DNA of 64,000 bases from assembly GCA_964016885.1 (NCBI GenBank), contig OZ024743.1:185256001-185320000 (forward strand), in the 5' to 3' direction. A program made the position numbers and the translations under genes. The first letter of the stretch is position 1, and each line of letters opens with the position of its first letter. Positions 1-13,980 of the stretch are shown piece by piece. Under the pieces are notes generated by a model. It was not told where the DNA came from and ran no database searches. It worked only from the letters and a program-made list of their open reading frames with translations. Origin of the DNA: Eledone cirrhosa. Lineage: Eukaryota.

Positions 1-800
1 CTTTACTCTGTGGAAAGAGCTGGGTTTGTCATTTCTCGTTACTGATGAGGATAGATGGAAGCAGAGAGTATGGACAATCTGCATTCGAGTAACACTTTCA
101 ATCTCTCTTTGATCAATCTGATCAGTTTTCAAGGTGCCACTTAATTTCTGCAAGCGCAAAATTCTCAGGGGACTGGTTTGATGTCCTGCCTGTGGCCAAT
201 ATTGGTGGTCTTTTCAGTCTGGACGAGCTTCGCATTTCCATTGCACACCGAGTGGGAGCCAATGTATGTGGGAGTCTGCGATGTCGCTGTGGTAGGCCCC
301 TCAACTCCATAGGCATCCATGGTTTGTCTTGCCGCCTGAATGCTGGTCACTTCGCCCGCTACACCGAGCTAAACCTGAACATTAAACGGGCCCTAGCTCG
401 GATCAATATTCCTTCAGTTCTGGAGCCGGCTGGATTATCCAGAATATTCTCTTACCCTTTGTCCTTGCATAAGAGGGTGGTGTCTCATCTGGGACATCAC
501 AGTGACTCTTTCGTTCCCTCCCACGGACGCCGCAGTAAATGTGACCGTCACTGCTTCCATTGCCGAATGGAATGAAATTCGGAAATACCGGGAATTATCA
601 AATAACTATTGTTTGCAACCTGAGACGTTTGGTGAATCTGACAGCGAAATTCTTGTTATAGTTAGTGGTTAGCCTTACCGAGGTGTCTGATGATGCCCGT
701 GAGAGCGTCTGGTTGTTTCAGTACCTTAACCTCACCATCACGACGCAATAATGCCATGGCGTGTAGGCTTGCCTTAAAAATTTCCCTTGACCTTTGCGGT
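1..800 (+). mobile_element. CRE-type non-LTR retrotransposon 3' fragment (CCHC + restriction-like endonuclease), decayed
   Basis: DWFDVLP..LDELRISIAHRVG..CRCG..HGLSC..HFARY..LN..IKRAL..IPSVLEPAGLSR; frameshifted downstream. Confidence 0.75.
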
Positions 801-1620
801 GTGTGGCTGATTGTCACACTTGATGGTGAATTGGTGGTTGTTTTTATTTGTTCGTTTTTTTTCTCTCGCTTTCATCATAATTTTTTTCTGCATTATATTT
901 GTGAGGTTCCTAGCAATAATTAATTGTATTTATTATGTGTTTATATTTTCATTCTGTAAGAATTATAAGCAATTTGTAATATTATTTATACAACTATAAC
1001 ATGTCGAATTGTATTGTTATTTTTACGCAACCTTACCTATGGCTATTGCAAATAACTAATATACTAACGGGGGCGAGGAATTGATCTAATGCTTTGCGAT
1101 ATTTGTTTCGGCTTTCTGTGCTCTGAGTTCAAATCCGGTCCTGGTCAACTTTGCCTTTCATCCCTTCGAGATCGATAAAAAAAAAGTACCAGTTGAATAT
1201 TGGTTTCAAATCTTCTATATCTCTTTCTCGTTTTCTCCTTAACATTCTCTCTGTGCTCAAATCAGGAGAGTTAACGGCCAATACAATGGTGAAGATGGTA
1301 ACCAATATCATACTGGTGTTAATGGTTAATACAATGGTAAGGGTGGCAGCAATTGAAAAAACCCTAGCAGTATGAAATTGCTTGTCAGGAATTGATTGAT
1401 CAGTGTTGGGCTTGGCTATGTTACTGTTATCTGTCTTTTATTTATATAGCAATTCTACACTGTTTAGCTTTTAAGGTTTATTTGGATGTGTGCATTTACA
1501 CACCATCAATATATAATATATATGTGATTAGTATTATATATAGAGTATATATATATATAATAAAATAAAACAAGGATGAGTGGTTACTCCTTCATTACGT
1601 TGTATATATATATATATATA

Positions 1621-2027
1621 CGATATATTAACAAATGGAAACTATATTTATAAAACCATATTTATTTCATTATACATATTTCAAGGACACTAAGTCAAAT
1701 TATGGTGCGCTTTCATCAAATAAATATTGACATACCCTTAAAGAATGCGACCATTTCTGTTGGAAGCTCCCAGAAATGGTCGCATTCTTTAAGAGTATGT
1801 CAATATTTATTTATAAAACTGATCTATATTATATTTTATCTGATGAAAGCGCACCATAATTTGACTTAGTGTCCTTGAAATATGTATAATGAAACAAATA
1901 TGGTTTTATAAATATAGTTTCCATTTGTTAATATATCGTTTTTACTCCAATAATTTGTTGGGTGTTTTATATCAGTTATAAAAATATTTGCTTGTTGTAT
2001 CCCAACAATTTAAATATAACTTCTACA
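1621..2027 (+). mobile_element. Penelope-type pseudo-LTR remnant with inverted duplication and hammerhead motif
   Basis: Arms 1621-1759 pair with 1771-1812 and 1841-1938; hammerhead core at 1834-1894; embedded in (TA)n. Confidence 0.6.
1834..1894 (+). ncRNA. Minimal type I hammerhead ribozyme
   Basis: TTTTAT-CTGATGA-AAGCGCAC/GTGTCCTT-GAAA-TATGTA-TA^ATGAAA: stems I and II and a self-complementary short stem III. Confidence 0.6.
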
Positions 2028-3199
2028 TATATATATATATATATATATTGTAGTATCAATACTACATATATATATATATATTGTAGTATCAATACTACAT
2101 ATATATATAGTATCAAGAACTAAACCACTTACAATGTGTTTGGATAACAACATAACAACACGGCAAGTGTTTTAAGGTCTTTTCTGCTAAAACAGAGCTT
2201 GGCATTGCAGGGAGATGGGGTGATTGGAGGGAAGTGAGTGATTTGGAGAGGGCGCATAACAAGCTTCTCCATTTTCCCCTATCATCATGTGATTGGATAA
2301 ATCAATATATAGAGAATACTCTCTTTCCCCTCTCTTTCTCTCTTTATATATATATATATATATATATCGTCATCATCATCATCCAGTTTTTGATTATGCA
2401 GGACACAATCCCTAAGTAGGGGGGGGTCTTGCTTGACAGCACTCCTTAGCATCCCACTCCATGTGTTTCAATACCAGGGACAGTATAAATAGAGGAAGAT
2501 ACGGGGTGGGGGACAAGATGAAGGTATGGGTGTTTTTGAATGGGTATGTGGGAAGGTTGGCTATTAGAGGGGTGCATGCAGAAAGTATAAAAAGACATTT
2601 TAAAAAAAATTCTTTTTCTTTCTCTTTTTCCTTTTTTTCTTTTCTTTTTATACATTCCTTCTTTCTCTCCTTTTTCATATCCTCTTTATTACTGCATACA
2701 CCCCTAATAGACATTCTCCCCACATACCTATTCAAAAATATCAATCTCTAAGAGGTCTTCCTTTTATATTGTCTCTGTTACAGTAAATTCAGTTTGATGA
2801 TCCTGTGACTACATAGGTAGAACTCCAGAGTATCAAGACTCACCACTTACCCATAATAAAGAACATTTAAACTCTAGTTCAGTATTGAATACACATTCTC
2901 ACATCCATCAATATCACACATATATATATTATATATAGTATTGTGAAGCAAATGTAAAGCAATGATGATGACAATATATAACCACACATTTCTAAGCATT
3001 CATTAAAATCTTCCATCATAATTTTATGTTTTGTTCCACACACCAACTTAATAATGACAAGGTTAGTTATTTTACTAAATCTCTCCCATATTCTCAATTA
3101 ATTTGAAAATTAATAAATAGTGTATTTCATTAAAAATGGTAATGAAATGGATATGTGTGTGTTTGTATTTTAGATACGTGCAATATAGCGTGAATCAAT

Positions 3200-3606
3200 C
3201 TCAAGTGCAAGCATACAGATATACACACAAACTCCCTGCTGCTCTCTTCATCACTCCTGTCTTGTTCCCATAAATCATGCCACTTTTCATACATCCAACA
3301 ACACTCCCTACTTCATTAGCACACCAGACAGTTCTCAGAACTTCTTCCATACACATCTTTTTCTAGATACTCTCACAGAATCTGATCCATCTTCTCTGTT
3401 GAACATGTCTCCAAGGTAACAAAATGATTCCGCACCTGCCATCTTGACACAATTTCAAAGATCCAACACCCTCCCTGTCTGTAGCTCCCTCCATACACAC
3501 TTTATGCATAAATGTAGCTGCTATATTATGTAATAATCCCTTCACACTACCATATTTTTTAGGTACTCATCCAGTGCATATGATACTAATGGACTTCACC
3601 CTGACA
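3200..3606 (-). mobile_element. Old RTE-type LINE fragment interrupted by the hAT insertion (continues 10489-10750)
   Basis: Joining the two flanks restores a degenerate AVCRKG..KSI..C..W(V)HKKC-like zinc-finger segment like that of the other RTE copies. Confidence 0.55.
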
Positions 3607-3825
3607 CAAGGGCGGATTGGGACTTAAAATCGGCCCTGGCAAATCCGAAGCAACCGGCCCTATAAACAAAATTAAATAAATGTTTTTTTTTAAAAAGAAT
3701 GTTTTTTAAAAGAAAACAATTTACACAAAGCAGTTAAAAAGTCAAGATTTTCTTAAGTAGGTCACTGTTTTCAGTGACTTTGTTAATAACATCCTGGCAG
3801 TCCACCTCACTAAGCACATCTTTTT

Positions 3826-5730
3826 CTACACACATGAGCATGAGAGCATCCTAGTGCTTTCAGTTAGTGTACTTCTTAGACGGTTCTTCACAAACTTCAA
3901 AGTTGAGAAGGAACGTTCACAGGCAACTTGCGTCGTTGATAGAGTCAGCATCAATTTATAAGCTAATCCTATTAGTCCATACGCATCAGTCAAAAGGTTG
4001 TAAGCCTGCAGAGTCTGATAAATGCACACTGCACAATTTTTACAACGCTTACAAACCATTGAAACCACTTGATCACCTTCATCTTCATCATATTGTCTGG
4101 CTGTGGCAGCGGCATTTTCTTCAGGAAGTCCTTTGCGAAGACTGCTCCAATTTTTTGCAAGATTAATCAATTCAAGTTGTAAGTTCTCTTTCGTTGCACT
4201 CGGTTCAAAACGAAGAAGTAGGCTTCTTAATGTTTCCAATGCATCCTGAGGCAGACAGGTGGCTATATCACTGAAATTCAGTGGCGATAAACATGCCATA
4301 TCTCTGTAAATTGAACCATTCGATTCAAATCTCGATTTCAAGCTTTGGACTTCTTGATCTGTGATCTTATTATGTACAATCATAGTAAAATCTTCCATTG
4401 CGTTGGCTATAGGTTCGTCTTTTCCATTTTCTCCTGGCATTCTCTTTTTTTCTGGAAAGGAGTCTTGAGGCGTCAAAACAGTTTCAATCCCATCAGCTTC
4501 ACAACGTTCTTCCAATTTTTTGGAAGTCCAGTCAATAAATTCTGACACAGCACGATGAACCCCTTCTACATCTCTCTGTATGTTTTGCACTTCAGTTATC
4601 GAGCTCATTACAAACTGATGCGCTTTAAGAACATCCATGCCACTAGTCTGGAGATACTTTGACAACGGTGTGGTCAATTCAAATATTCTAAGATACGTAA
4701 AAGCTGTCGTAACAGTTTCATACTTCAATAGTGAATCGTTGAGGGATCTGGCCTTTGGTCGTATATCTGGCTGGGCTTGTTCATTCTCTTCAATAGACAC
4801 GTAAAGATTATTATCAGGGTTAGCGTTTGTGAAACAGCCAAATACTTTGGAAATAGCAGCATGTTTAGCCCACCACCTTGTTTCTCCGATCATCTGAAGA
4901 TGCTTCTTTCTGGAATTTTTGCTGATATTCTCCCAAATATCCATGCGTTTGTACGATTCTCGGAAAAAGACAGCAACTTGATTCATCAGTGAAAATAGTG
5001 ATGACGAAGCCAGAATATTCTGAGTAGCATCATGTATGACCAAATTTAGTATATGTGCATAGCACCATGTATGAATCTGTCCAGGAACTTCTTTCGTCAA
5101 CCAAGCTGTAAAACCATTATATATGCCTTGCATGTTTAACGTTCCACCAGTTGAATTTGAGACGCAATTCCCAATACCAATATTATTCTCCTCCAGTGTC
5201 TTTTTCAGCAGTTCGCACATCCCTTTTCCGGTGGAATCCGAGGTGTTCACAACTGAGATTAGTCTTTCATAAATCTGATTTTCAAAGACGTATCGAAGAA
5301 TTATGGAGCATTGGTCTTTCACTGAAACATCTTGGGTTGTATCCAGTTGAACCGAAAACATGCCAGCTTGTCGAACTTCATCAACAATAACACTTTTAAT
5401 CAGGGAAGAAATGACCATAATGACAAGATTAACTGTTGTCTTTGAAATCAGAGTCAAAGAACTACCACGACCTTTACTGCCTGCGTCATGTGCTTTCTTA
5501 CTCTGTTTGATCACCTTTTCCAGATGATCTTTTAGGAGGATGTCATACTTATTGAGAAGCAAATCAAGTTCTAAGAAGGTGCCGTGATCAAGAATAGGAT
5601 TATCTAACCCATATGCTGACTCAGATTCAGAAGATGATCCACGGTAGCTAAGACTCCGTTTTCCAATTACTTTAACAATGTCTACATGTTGCATTACTTC
5701 CCTGTTGTTCTGAATTTTTTCTTTGCGCAA
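3826..5730 (-). pseudogene. hAT transposase of outer element (634-aa ORF; frameshifted N-terminus extends to ~6424)
   Basis: FSVQLDTTQD, HTWCYAHILNLVI, ETRWW, CERSFSTLKFVKNRLRSTL dimerisation motif; frameshifts at both ends. Confidence 0.88.
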
Positions 5731-6628
5731 GCTTCTCTCTTTAGCAAATAATTGAGCCCCGACATCCTTCTCATTGACAGTGATAAAATCAGTTTCTGCA
5801 CAGTCATTGTGGTACCTGCATTTTTCATGTTCCTCAATTCTCTGATGAACATGTCTCCAGTCTTTCTGAACTGTGTTCAGTATCCTTGGAATAAGCTAAG
5901 CACACAGTGCAGAAAAGAGCCTCCTCTCTTTGCGAATATGTCAACCAACTACGAACAGTGCCATTTTGTCGTTGAAATTTTTCTTGGCTGAACTGGATGG
6001 TAAGCAAAAAACCGTTTTGTGTCACTGGCAGTTTTTGGCACCGCAAAGTAATCCACAGTTGCAACTGAACGCTCATCAAGAGACTGTTCTCTTTCCTCAC
6101 TCGCAGCAGTATTTTCAACTACGGATTGAGTATCATTCACAGTAATTCCAACTTGAGTTTGAGTATTAATTACAGTGTCAGTAATTTGAGCTCCGAATTG
6201 GGTATCGCTCACCATAATTTCAGCTCCAGCTTTGGTAGCACTGACAGCTCCAGGTCGGGTATTAGTATCACTCGTAATTCCAGCTACAGATTGGCTATCA
6301 CTTTCTGAACCTGCAGCTCCGGTTTGTGCTTCACTCAAAAAAAAACTTAGAAATTTTTGCTGAAGTTGCAGCCTTGCTTACCAAAGCTTTTCTTTTCTTC
6401 TCCCGCTCCTTTTTGTTTTTTCATATTCTGAAATGGAATACCTATTCACCTTTATGCATTATGAAGTTAGTATTTCGGCCTACATACCTTATTGTCAAGA
6501 CAAAAACTCAAGACTTAAAATCATATTATATGAAAGCAATCGACAAGCAGATGAGGGTAGTGAGAATAAAATCGATTAACAATAACAAGCCGACAGGCAG
6601 GCAAAGCTTGCTTCACTTCATCAATGAC

Positions 6629-9600
6629 CAGGGCCGGCGCAAGCTATTATTTCACTATAGGCATAGACACAAATTTGCGCCCCTAATATTAAGTTTAAAT
6701 AAAAAATTTAATAAACCTGGTAATTAAAACGAAATTTATTTTTAAAACTAAATATAAAGACAAAACTAATTGAATTTAATGTGAACTTTGCGTGCTTTTA
6801 ATTTCTAAAACTGAGATATAATATCCTCCATGTTGAGTTGATGAGCTATTTCATTTTCTATTGATATTAATGCCAGTCCTGTAAGTCTAATTTGTACCAG
6901 AGAGGATCGTAAATACGTCTTAATCAGCTTAAGTTTAGAGAAGCTGCGCTCACCACTGGCCACTGTTACTGGTAATGTCAACAGTATTCTCAAGACAACC
7001 ACTGTATTAGGGCCACTATCAACAAGTTTTTGCTCACAAATATACTGAAGCAAAGCTTGTGGATTCACATTCTTTGGTATACAACGTGCAGTTCATTACA
7101 TAGATCTATTGCATCTATATCTTTTGATTCACCCGATTTCAATGCAGACTCAAGCTTCAAGCCATAACTCATGTTTTCTGTTGTCTTATTTTGCAGTGCT
7201 TTCAAATCATAAAGGAATCCAAAAAGTTCACTGATTAAATTCATCTGCTCAAATCTTTCTTTAATAGATTGAATTGTTGTGTCCAATATAGTAAAATAAA
7301 ACTCTATCTTGAACTTTTCCTTCGGATCCTGAATTGGTTCATCTATTCTTTCATATTGAAACTGTCTTTTTTTTCTTCTAATTATTTGTTTTTCATTTTC
7401 GACTTCCGATGGAACTTCAAGTTCTCTTGCTATCTCTGAAGCATCAACCAAATTTCTTTGAAATGCTTCATCTGTTCTGCTATTTTCAAGAAATGATTTT
7501 GTTTGTTTTAACTGCTGAAGTGCAGCCTGAATATCAAAGTCTTTTTCTTGCAGTAATTTATTTGGTATATTAATTTCAAATAAACTATTGTACCAAACAA
7601 GGCAAGCAATAAATTTATAATTTGATATAACATTTGCTAGGGCTTCAGCATCACATCTTGTTGTATTACCAGATGATCCATTGAGATTAATATCATCAGC
7701 TAGTTCAGTTAGTGCATCACACACGGGGCCAAGCTGGTAACGCAGAGGCTTCAATGCGTCAATACGACTCTCCCATCGTGTTTTACTGTTAGAGTTGGCA
7801 CGTTTCATCAAAACTTCCCAACGATAGGTTGCGCTTGAAAAAAACACATAAATACGTTGCAATATATCAAAGAAACGAGTGGCCTCCAGACAACATTTTG
7901 CTGCATCATTCACAACTAAATTTAGTAAATGGCTACTGCAAGGAACAAAGAAGGCACCAGGATTAAGGTCTAGAATTCTTTTTTTGAACTCCACTATGTT
8001 TGTCTTTCATGTTGCTCCCGTTATCATAGCCTTGTCCACATATATTTACCATAGGTAACCCGAGTTCTTCCAATTTTTGTAGAAGACATTCAGACATAAA
8101 TGCACCAGTAGTTTCCTTCAGTTTAATAAATGTCAAAAAGTGTTCACGAATCTTGACTTCATCCATTCGCATATCAATGAATCTTATTCCCAATGTCATT
8201 TGTACTGTGTGACTTACATCTGGAGTACAGTCCAGTATAATTGAAAAATATTTAGCTGATTGACAGGACTTTATTATTTCATGTATAATAGCATTTGACA
8301 ATAGCTGTATCAGTTCATTTTGCATGTCTTTACCAAGGTAATGTATATGGGTTTCATTATCTCTAATTCTTCTCACGTGTTCTTTCATTATTGGATCAAA
8401 CAGAGCAAGATATTCTACAAACCTAAGAAAGTTTCCATTTCCAGCAGTAAACAGTTTATCAACAGATCCTCTGAAGGCTAAATTTTGTCCACCAAGTGTC
8501 CGAACTAAAGCTAATAAACGTTCTAAAATATGTCTCCAATATTGTTCTTCTTGTTTTATTAGATGAGCATTTTCCTCATCAATTGTTGCATTTCTGTTTA
8601 ATCGCAAATCCAATTCTTTCCAGTTATTAAAGTTTTCAAAATGTTCAGTTGATTTTTCATGAGATGATAGTATAGCTGACATATTTTATCAATCTGCAGA
8701 TCCATGTACTGCAAGAGTTGATAGACTAGCTATTTTTTTTACTAAACAATTTACAGCAAAAGCAGAACACAGTCTTGTAATACTGAATATTGTAACCAAT
8801 TACGATTAATTTCTTCACCATTAATTAACTTTCTAGTATAATGAATGTTTGAAAATTTTCTCTGATTCTTATCTTTAGGAAACTTTATATGTTTAACTTA
8901 TTCCGGTCCATGTTGAACTAGTAGCCTTCTAACATTATCATTACACTTTTTTTGCCAGGTGGCAGGATCACTGTAACTTAGATTTAAAACTTCATTTTCG
9001 ATTGATCCATCATCCTTACACTCTGTTTCTGAATGTTCATGTCTTTCATCAAAGATATCTTCATTTCCTGGCTGTATGATTCTTACATCATAGAATTCAT
9101 CAATAGAAACAGAAATAGAGTTATTTTCATCATCATCATCACCTTCAGTCTCTCTCCCTTTGCAAAGGTATTTTAGAAATGATCCTTTTTGCTTTGCAAG
9201 TTCCCTTTCTTTTTCAAGTTTGCGTTTGCGATACTGAGCACCAGATGGTCGTTTACTGTCTGCCATGCTAAAAAAATAATAGTTTAGTGCAATATGATAT
9301 ACTAAAAAATAACTTGTCCTTATTCCTATCCTCATCCCTAAATGAATTATTTATATCATCTGAAAAAAAGAATTATTTTTTAACAAATTATTATTAAGCC
9401 ATATTAATTTAAATATTATTTTATATATATTAAATAAAAATTTTAATATGGTAAATTATAATTAAAAAAATAAAGTACATGAACTTTTAAAAGTTCATTT
9501 CACATATCAATACATTTATAGAAAATTGCCATTGTAGTGAATGAACCATAACATCCAATATAGTATATTAGCCAGTATAGAAAATGCGTGGTTTTGGTTA

Positions 9601-10327
9601 TTTTACTATCTTGTTTGACTCCAAATTAGAAATAGTATCAGAAGGCTTTAGGCTGTGTTAAACGTTAATTGTATTGGAACAACAAAATTTAGTCAAAGTA
9701 TTTTTGAACATATATTTATTGTATCTCCAAGTGTGTTTACAGATGTCATCAAAGAAATACATATTTGTGTGGCAAAGTTTATAAGGTGTATGCGTAGGAT
9801 ACAAGATTACCTTGGTTAGTTGTTGACAGTTTGTAAACGACGTATTTTCTGTATGAATGTTACATAGAGATTTGTTGGGTTATAGTCGAAACCAAGTCGT
9901 TCGGTGAGGACAACAGATTTTCCCGTGTTCTCGTTTGAGAACTATCTGTTGAACGAAATACATGTTGGGAACGACTAATATGCGTGTCTTCCAGTGTTAA
10001 GACTTTCTGTTGCACTGAAGATCCGTGCCTGGTCGCGATTGGTCAGTTTGTCAGTAAGGTTAATCAGTGTGAAAATCAGCAGCAACCCATATTCCGATAA
10101 TTCTCAAGTAGTCAGTTTTTACAAATTCGAGGGAGAATTTATGTACGCTACACATTAAAATAAAATAAGTTATTATTGTAATTTTTAATAAAAATAACTA
10201 TTGTAAATAACTTTTTAATAATTATTATATCATAACACGTTTTTCACTTGTAGTATTTTTTAAAGTTGTAGTATTTTTTGGTGCCCTAGGCAAGCGCCTA
10301 GTTCGCCTAACAGTAGTGCCGGCCCTG
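6629..10327 (-). mobile_element. Inner hAT DNA transposon nested in the 5' region of the outer element
   Basis: TIRs CAGGGCCGGCGC / GTGCCGGCCCTG; TSD TCAATGAC (6621-6628) / CCAATGAC (10328-10335). Confidence 0.92.
6775..9266 (-). pseudogene. hAT transposase of inner element, frameshifted into 4-5 ORFs
   Basis: MADSKRPSGAQYRKRK, GNGNFL, FSIILDCTPDVSH, GQGYDNGSNM, PCSSHLLNLVV, TRWESR, LTLPVTVASGERSFSKLKLIKTYLRS. Confidence 0.9.
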
Positions 10328-12004
10328 CCAATGACCGTGCTACACAACATAGTACTAACATTGCAAGCTGCAGTATCAGTGACCAAAATATTGTTAAAAA
10401 TTTTCGCAGCAGCACCGGCCCTCTGGTACACCAGCCGTTCTGGCATTTGCCCGGTTGCCCGATAGGCCAATCCGCCAGTGCCCTGACACCCTTCCTGCAC
10501 ACAGCAAATGGTCTCCTTCCTGTTCTTTCCATTTCACCAAATGCTTTAATATTTGCAGTGATATTAACTACCTGAAATTTTTCTACCTAGTTCTCACTCA
10601 GGTTACTATAATTTCAGAGCACCTACCTTCACTGCTAATATGGTCACCCACATAACAAAACTGTCAACTACTTCTAGGGAGCAATCTTGGAAATTGATAG
10701 AACTTGTTTCATGTGAGCTTTCGCTGCTAACTGCACCTGTGCATCTTCCACATATAAACCCTACTTCCTTTGTTAGTCTGCCTGAGATCCTGCTACATCT
10801 CTTGTGTACCCATTAGTTTATCCTTTTTATGTCATCCTTTTTATGTCTGCTTTTCCATGCTTGCATGGGTTGGACAGGTCCTTTTCAGTACAGCATCTTT
10901 CCACTCATCATGTTCCTTTGTCATCTCCTGTGTGAGTTTCAGTGATTTAAAATCAGCTCTCACCACCTCCGCCCAGGTCTTCCTTAGTCTATCTTTACTG
11001 AGGCTTTGTTCTTCTGTGATTTCCTAGCACTTCTTCACTTGGTGATAATCATCCATGTGCATCACGTGTCTGTACCAATGCAATCTTCTCTCTTGCACAC
11101 TACTTCTTATTCCTCTTAAACTCAGTTCATCCAACCTCTGCCTTTCTCTCACATTTACATTGCACATCCAGTGAAGCATAGTTATATATATATATGTGTG
11201 TGTATATATACCACCACAGCATATCTATATATATATGTGTGTGTATATATACCACCACAGCATATCTATTTTCTTACAACTCTACCATATCACCACTAGC
11301 ACTAACAAACTAGCAGCGTGAACATCATAATTAACATCTTTTCTTCAACTCCTGCAGACACAAATAAATGAAGAGGGTGGGTAATAACATGGAAATGAGC
11401 TTTGGTGATGTTCATGCCCTATATTGATATGAATTAACATACCTCAACATATTGAAATGATGATGGTAAGGTTTTTTTTAAACATATGTAGAAGATTGCA
11501 GAATTCTGTCCAGTCATGTGTGCTTATTATAACTGGCAAAGATAAATATACTTATGACTTTGTCTTGCCAACATGTAATAAATATCTGGTTTCATTTTCT
11601 GTGCTATTTGTTGATAGAGGAGGAAGAAAGATGTGTTGAACAATGAACGCACATACATACACACAAATACACACATATATTTATTGAGATAACAGGAGAG
11701 CTCCATACCAGCTGGCCATGCCTAATATAAGTAGTTGTTAACCTTCTACCACAGCCACCACATCTTTCTATCTCTCTTTCCCTCTCACCAAATATCTTTA
11801 AAATGTGAGCCCTATAATGATCATGTCATCCAGTACACCACCAACACCTCCCAACAACATATAAAAGCTACAGATGCAATAGTAAACAACATTCTAAAGG
11901 GGTTGGTAGTTCATAGCTTGTCTCTCACACACACACACAGCATCATATTAACTCTTTTGATACCACTCTCCCCAAAACCGCCTCTGGTTCTATGAAATAA
12001 TGGT

Positions 12005-12216
12005 TTCTGATTTAGGCACAAAGCCAACAATTTTTGGGAGGAGGGGAAAGTCAATTAAATCAACCCACTATGTTACTAGTACTTTATTTTATCGATCCTA
12101 TAAGGATGAAAGGCAAAGCTAACTTCAGTGAGATTTGAACTCAGAATGTAAAGGGCCATAATTATATGCTGCAAAGAATAATGTCCGACTCTCTAATGAT
12201 ACTGCCAATCCACCAC
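12005..12216 (-). mobile_element. tRNA-derived SINE, Nin/Deu-domain-like family A
   Basis: Matches 18756-18947; core CCTTTCATCCTT..GGGTCGATAAAATAAAGTACCAG. Other copies at ~1070-1200, 16590-16690, 28790-28985, 29735-29870, 34588-34681, 43500-43620. Confidence 0.75.
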
Positions 12217-12532
12217 CCTAAGCCCCATTTAGGAAGTATGAATTTGAAAGAAGCATCAACATTGTTTGACTTTGAAAGATAGTCTTATAAGTTGGGCATA
12301 TAAACCAAGAAGACAGAAAAAATTTGTACAACACCACCCATGAGACATGAACCCACACCTGCAACATACCGTTAAGCTGTGCTTACCATTTATGCCAACT
12401 TATAAGACTATATTTCATAGTCAAACAATATTGATGATCCTTTCAAATTCATATTTCCTATTGCTCAACAATTCTAAAAATAGATTGTTTACATTTACTG
12501 CCTGTAATATGTAAGGCTTGATATAGTTATAT

Positions 12533-13195
12533 ACTAGCAGAATGGCCCGGTGTTGCTCGGGATTCTAAACATAGATTGGCATGTTTATCCCTCCTTTCTG
12601 AAATAGTACAGAGAAGTATGGAATGCCTCGGCCTGGGGATGGTGTCTACATTTTTTGCTTATAAAAAAAAATTGTCGTAGATTACCAGGAGTTTGACTTA
12701 ATCGGGTGCCTGAGAGTTCAACCCACGAAAGCCAAGACGATAGGGTTAAGTAAAAAGGCATTCGACAAGCCGAACATGTATTTGTTGTGCTATGGTACAA
12801 TGAAAGCAATAGTTACAGAGCAGTAAGCGTGTGGGACTGCAGTGGTGGAGAGCATGAAGGAATTTAGTTGGATATTTTTAAGGTTACAGGCCCTAACGCA
12901 ACCAAAATGCTAAACAATGCGGGCAAAAATTTGAAATCTTTTTTGCTCAAAACACTTTAAACGACATAAGTAATGCAAATTTCGAAGAAATCACCTGGAT
13001 TATTGTCCCATTATGCCTCGAAAAAGCCTTTAAAGCCTAAAATATGCGATTTTTTGCCTAATGCGGTCCCTAAGGCATTGAAAATTCGAAATATTTTTTG
13101 CTCAAAACACTCACACGACCATAAGTATTACATGTGTAAAGTTTGAAAAAAATCGGTCAGGTGGTTCTCGAGTTTCAGGGAGACAGACACAGAGC
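12533..13195 (-). mobile_element. Non-autonomous Helitron-like element
   Basis: Minus-strand 3' end CCCGAGCAACACCGGG hairpin followed by CTAG|T; same hairpin as at 40074-40101. Confidence 0.6.
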
Positions 13196-13980
13196 TGGTA
13201 GTGCTCTACATAGCTTCCTCTCAGAACTGTTGATTGTCATTAGAACCTATAAGGTGCTTTCACCACTCATGTAGTTAATTGGCTCTTTGGCAACTGTTTG
13301 TTATCAGGGGTCGGTGTGACTTGCCTAGGCCTGCCTCTGTTTGGTGGTTGAGCTGTCAATGTCAAGATGGGCTGGTTTTAATCTATTGATGGCGACCATG
13401 TCCTGTCGTCCTCCAATCAGGAATTGAAATGACTTGTCTCCTGGATTAATCACTTCATATGATCCATTGTAGGGTAACTGAAGGGGTTTTCGCTGTGCAT
13501 TGTGACAAACAAAAACAAATGTTGCCTTGTGGCAGCCTTTTTGGTAGAAAGGACCTTGGTATATCGTGCATTGACATGGAAGTAAGGTGTAACTGGCCTA
13601 CGATGTCTCAGCTGTTCAAGATACTTTTGGGTATGCGGTTTGACTTTGTGTTAGGAATGAATTCCCCTGGTACAGTAAGCAGAGTGCTGTACACCATTTC
13701 CGCAGAAGAAATGGTGTGGTCTTCTTTTGGGGTAGTGCGGATTCCCAGCATCACCCATGAAAACTGGTTGATCCAGTTGGGCTCAGTCTGGTGATGAGGG
13801 ATTCCTTCAAGTGGTTGTGAAATCTCTCCACTAAGTCATTGGCCTTGGGGTGATAGGCTGTTGTGTGCTTCATGTTGATGCCAAAAAAGCTCACACATGT
13901 CATTCCACAGCTTCAAGATGAAATGAGGTCAACAGTTGGATGAGATGCTGATGATAATGTCAGGGCCTACCACACTACTG
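13196..13980 (-). mobile_element. Decayed RTE-like LINE 3' fragment
   Basis: Frameshifted RT C-terminal residues (..RGRPRQV.., HVNAR..YG..) on minus. Confidence 0.5.

Larger units (their letters stand above)
3607..10480 (-). mobile_element. Outer hAT DNA transposon (ZMYM1/DUF4371-type transposase)
   Basis: 8-bp TSD CCCTGACA at 3599-3606 and 10481-10488; TIRs CAAGGGCGGATTGG / CCAATCCGCCAGTG. Confidence 0.92.

Noticed and set aside
3826-5730. Domesticated ZMYM1-like host gene
   Set aside because: Bounded by TIRs and a TSD and frameshifted at both ends, so a transposon copy
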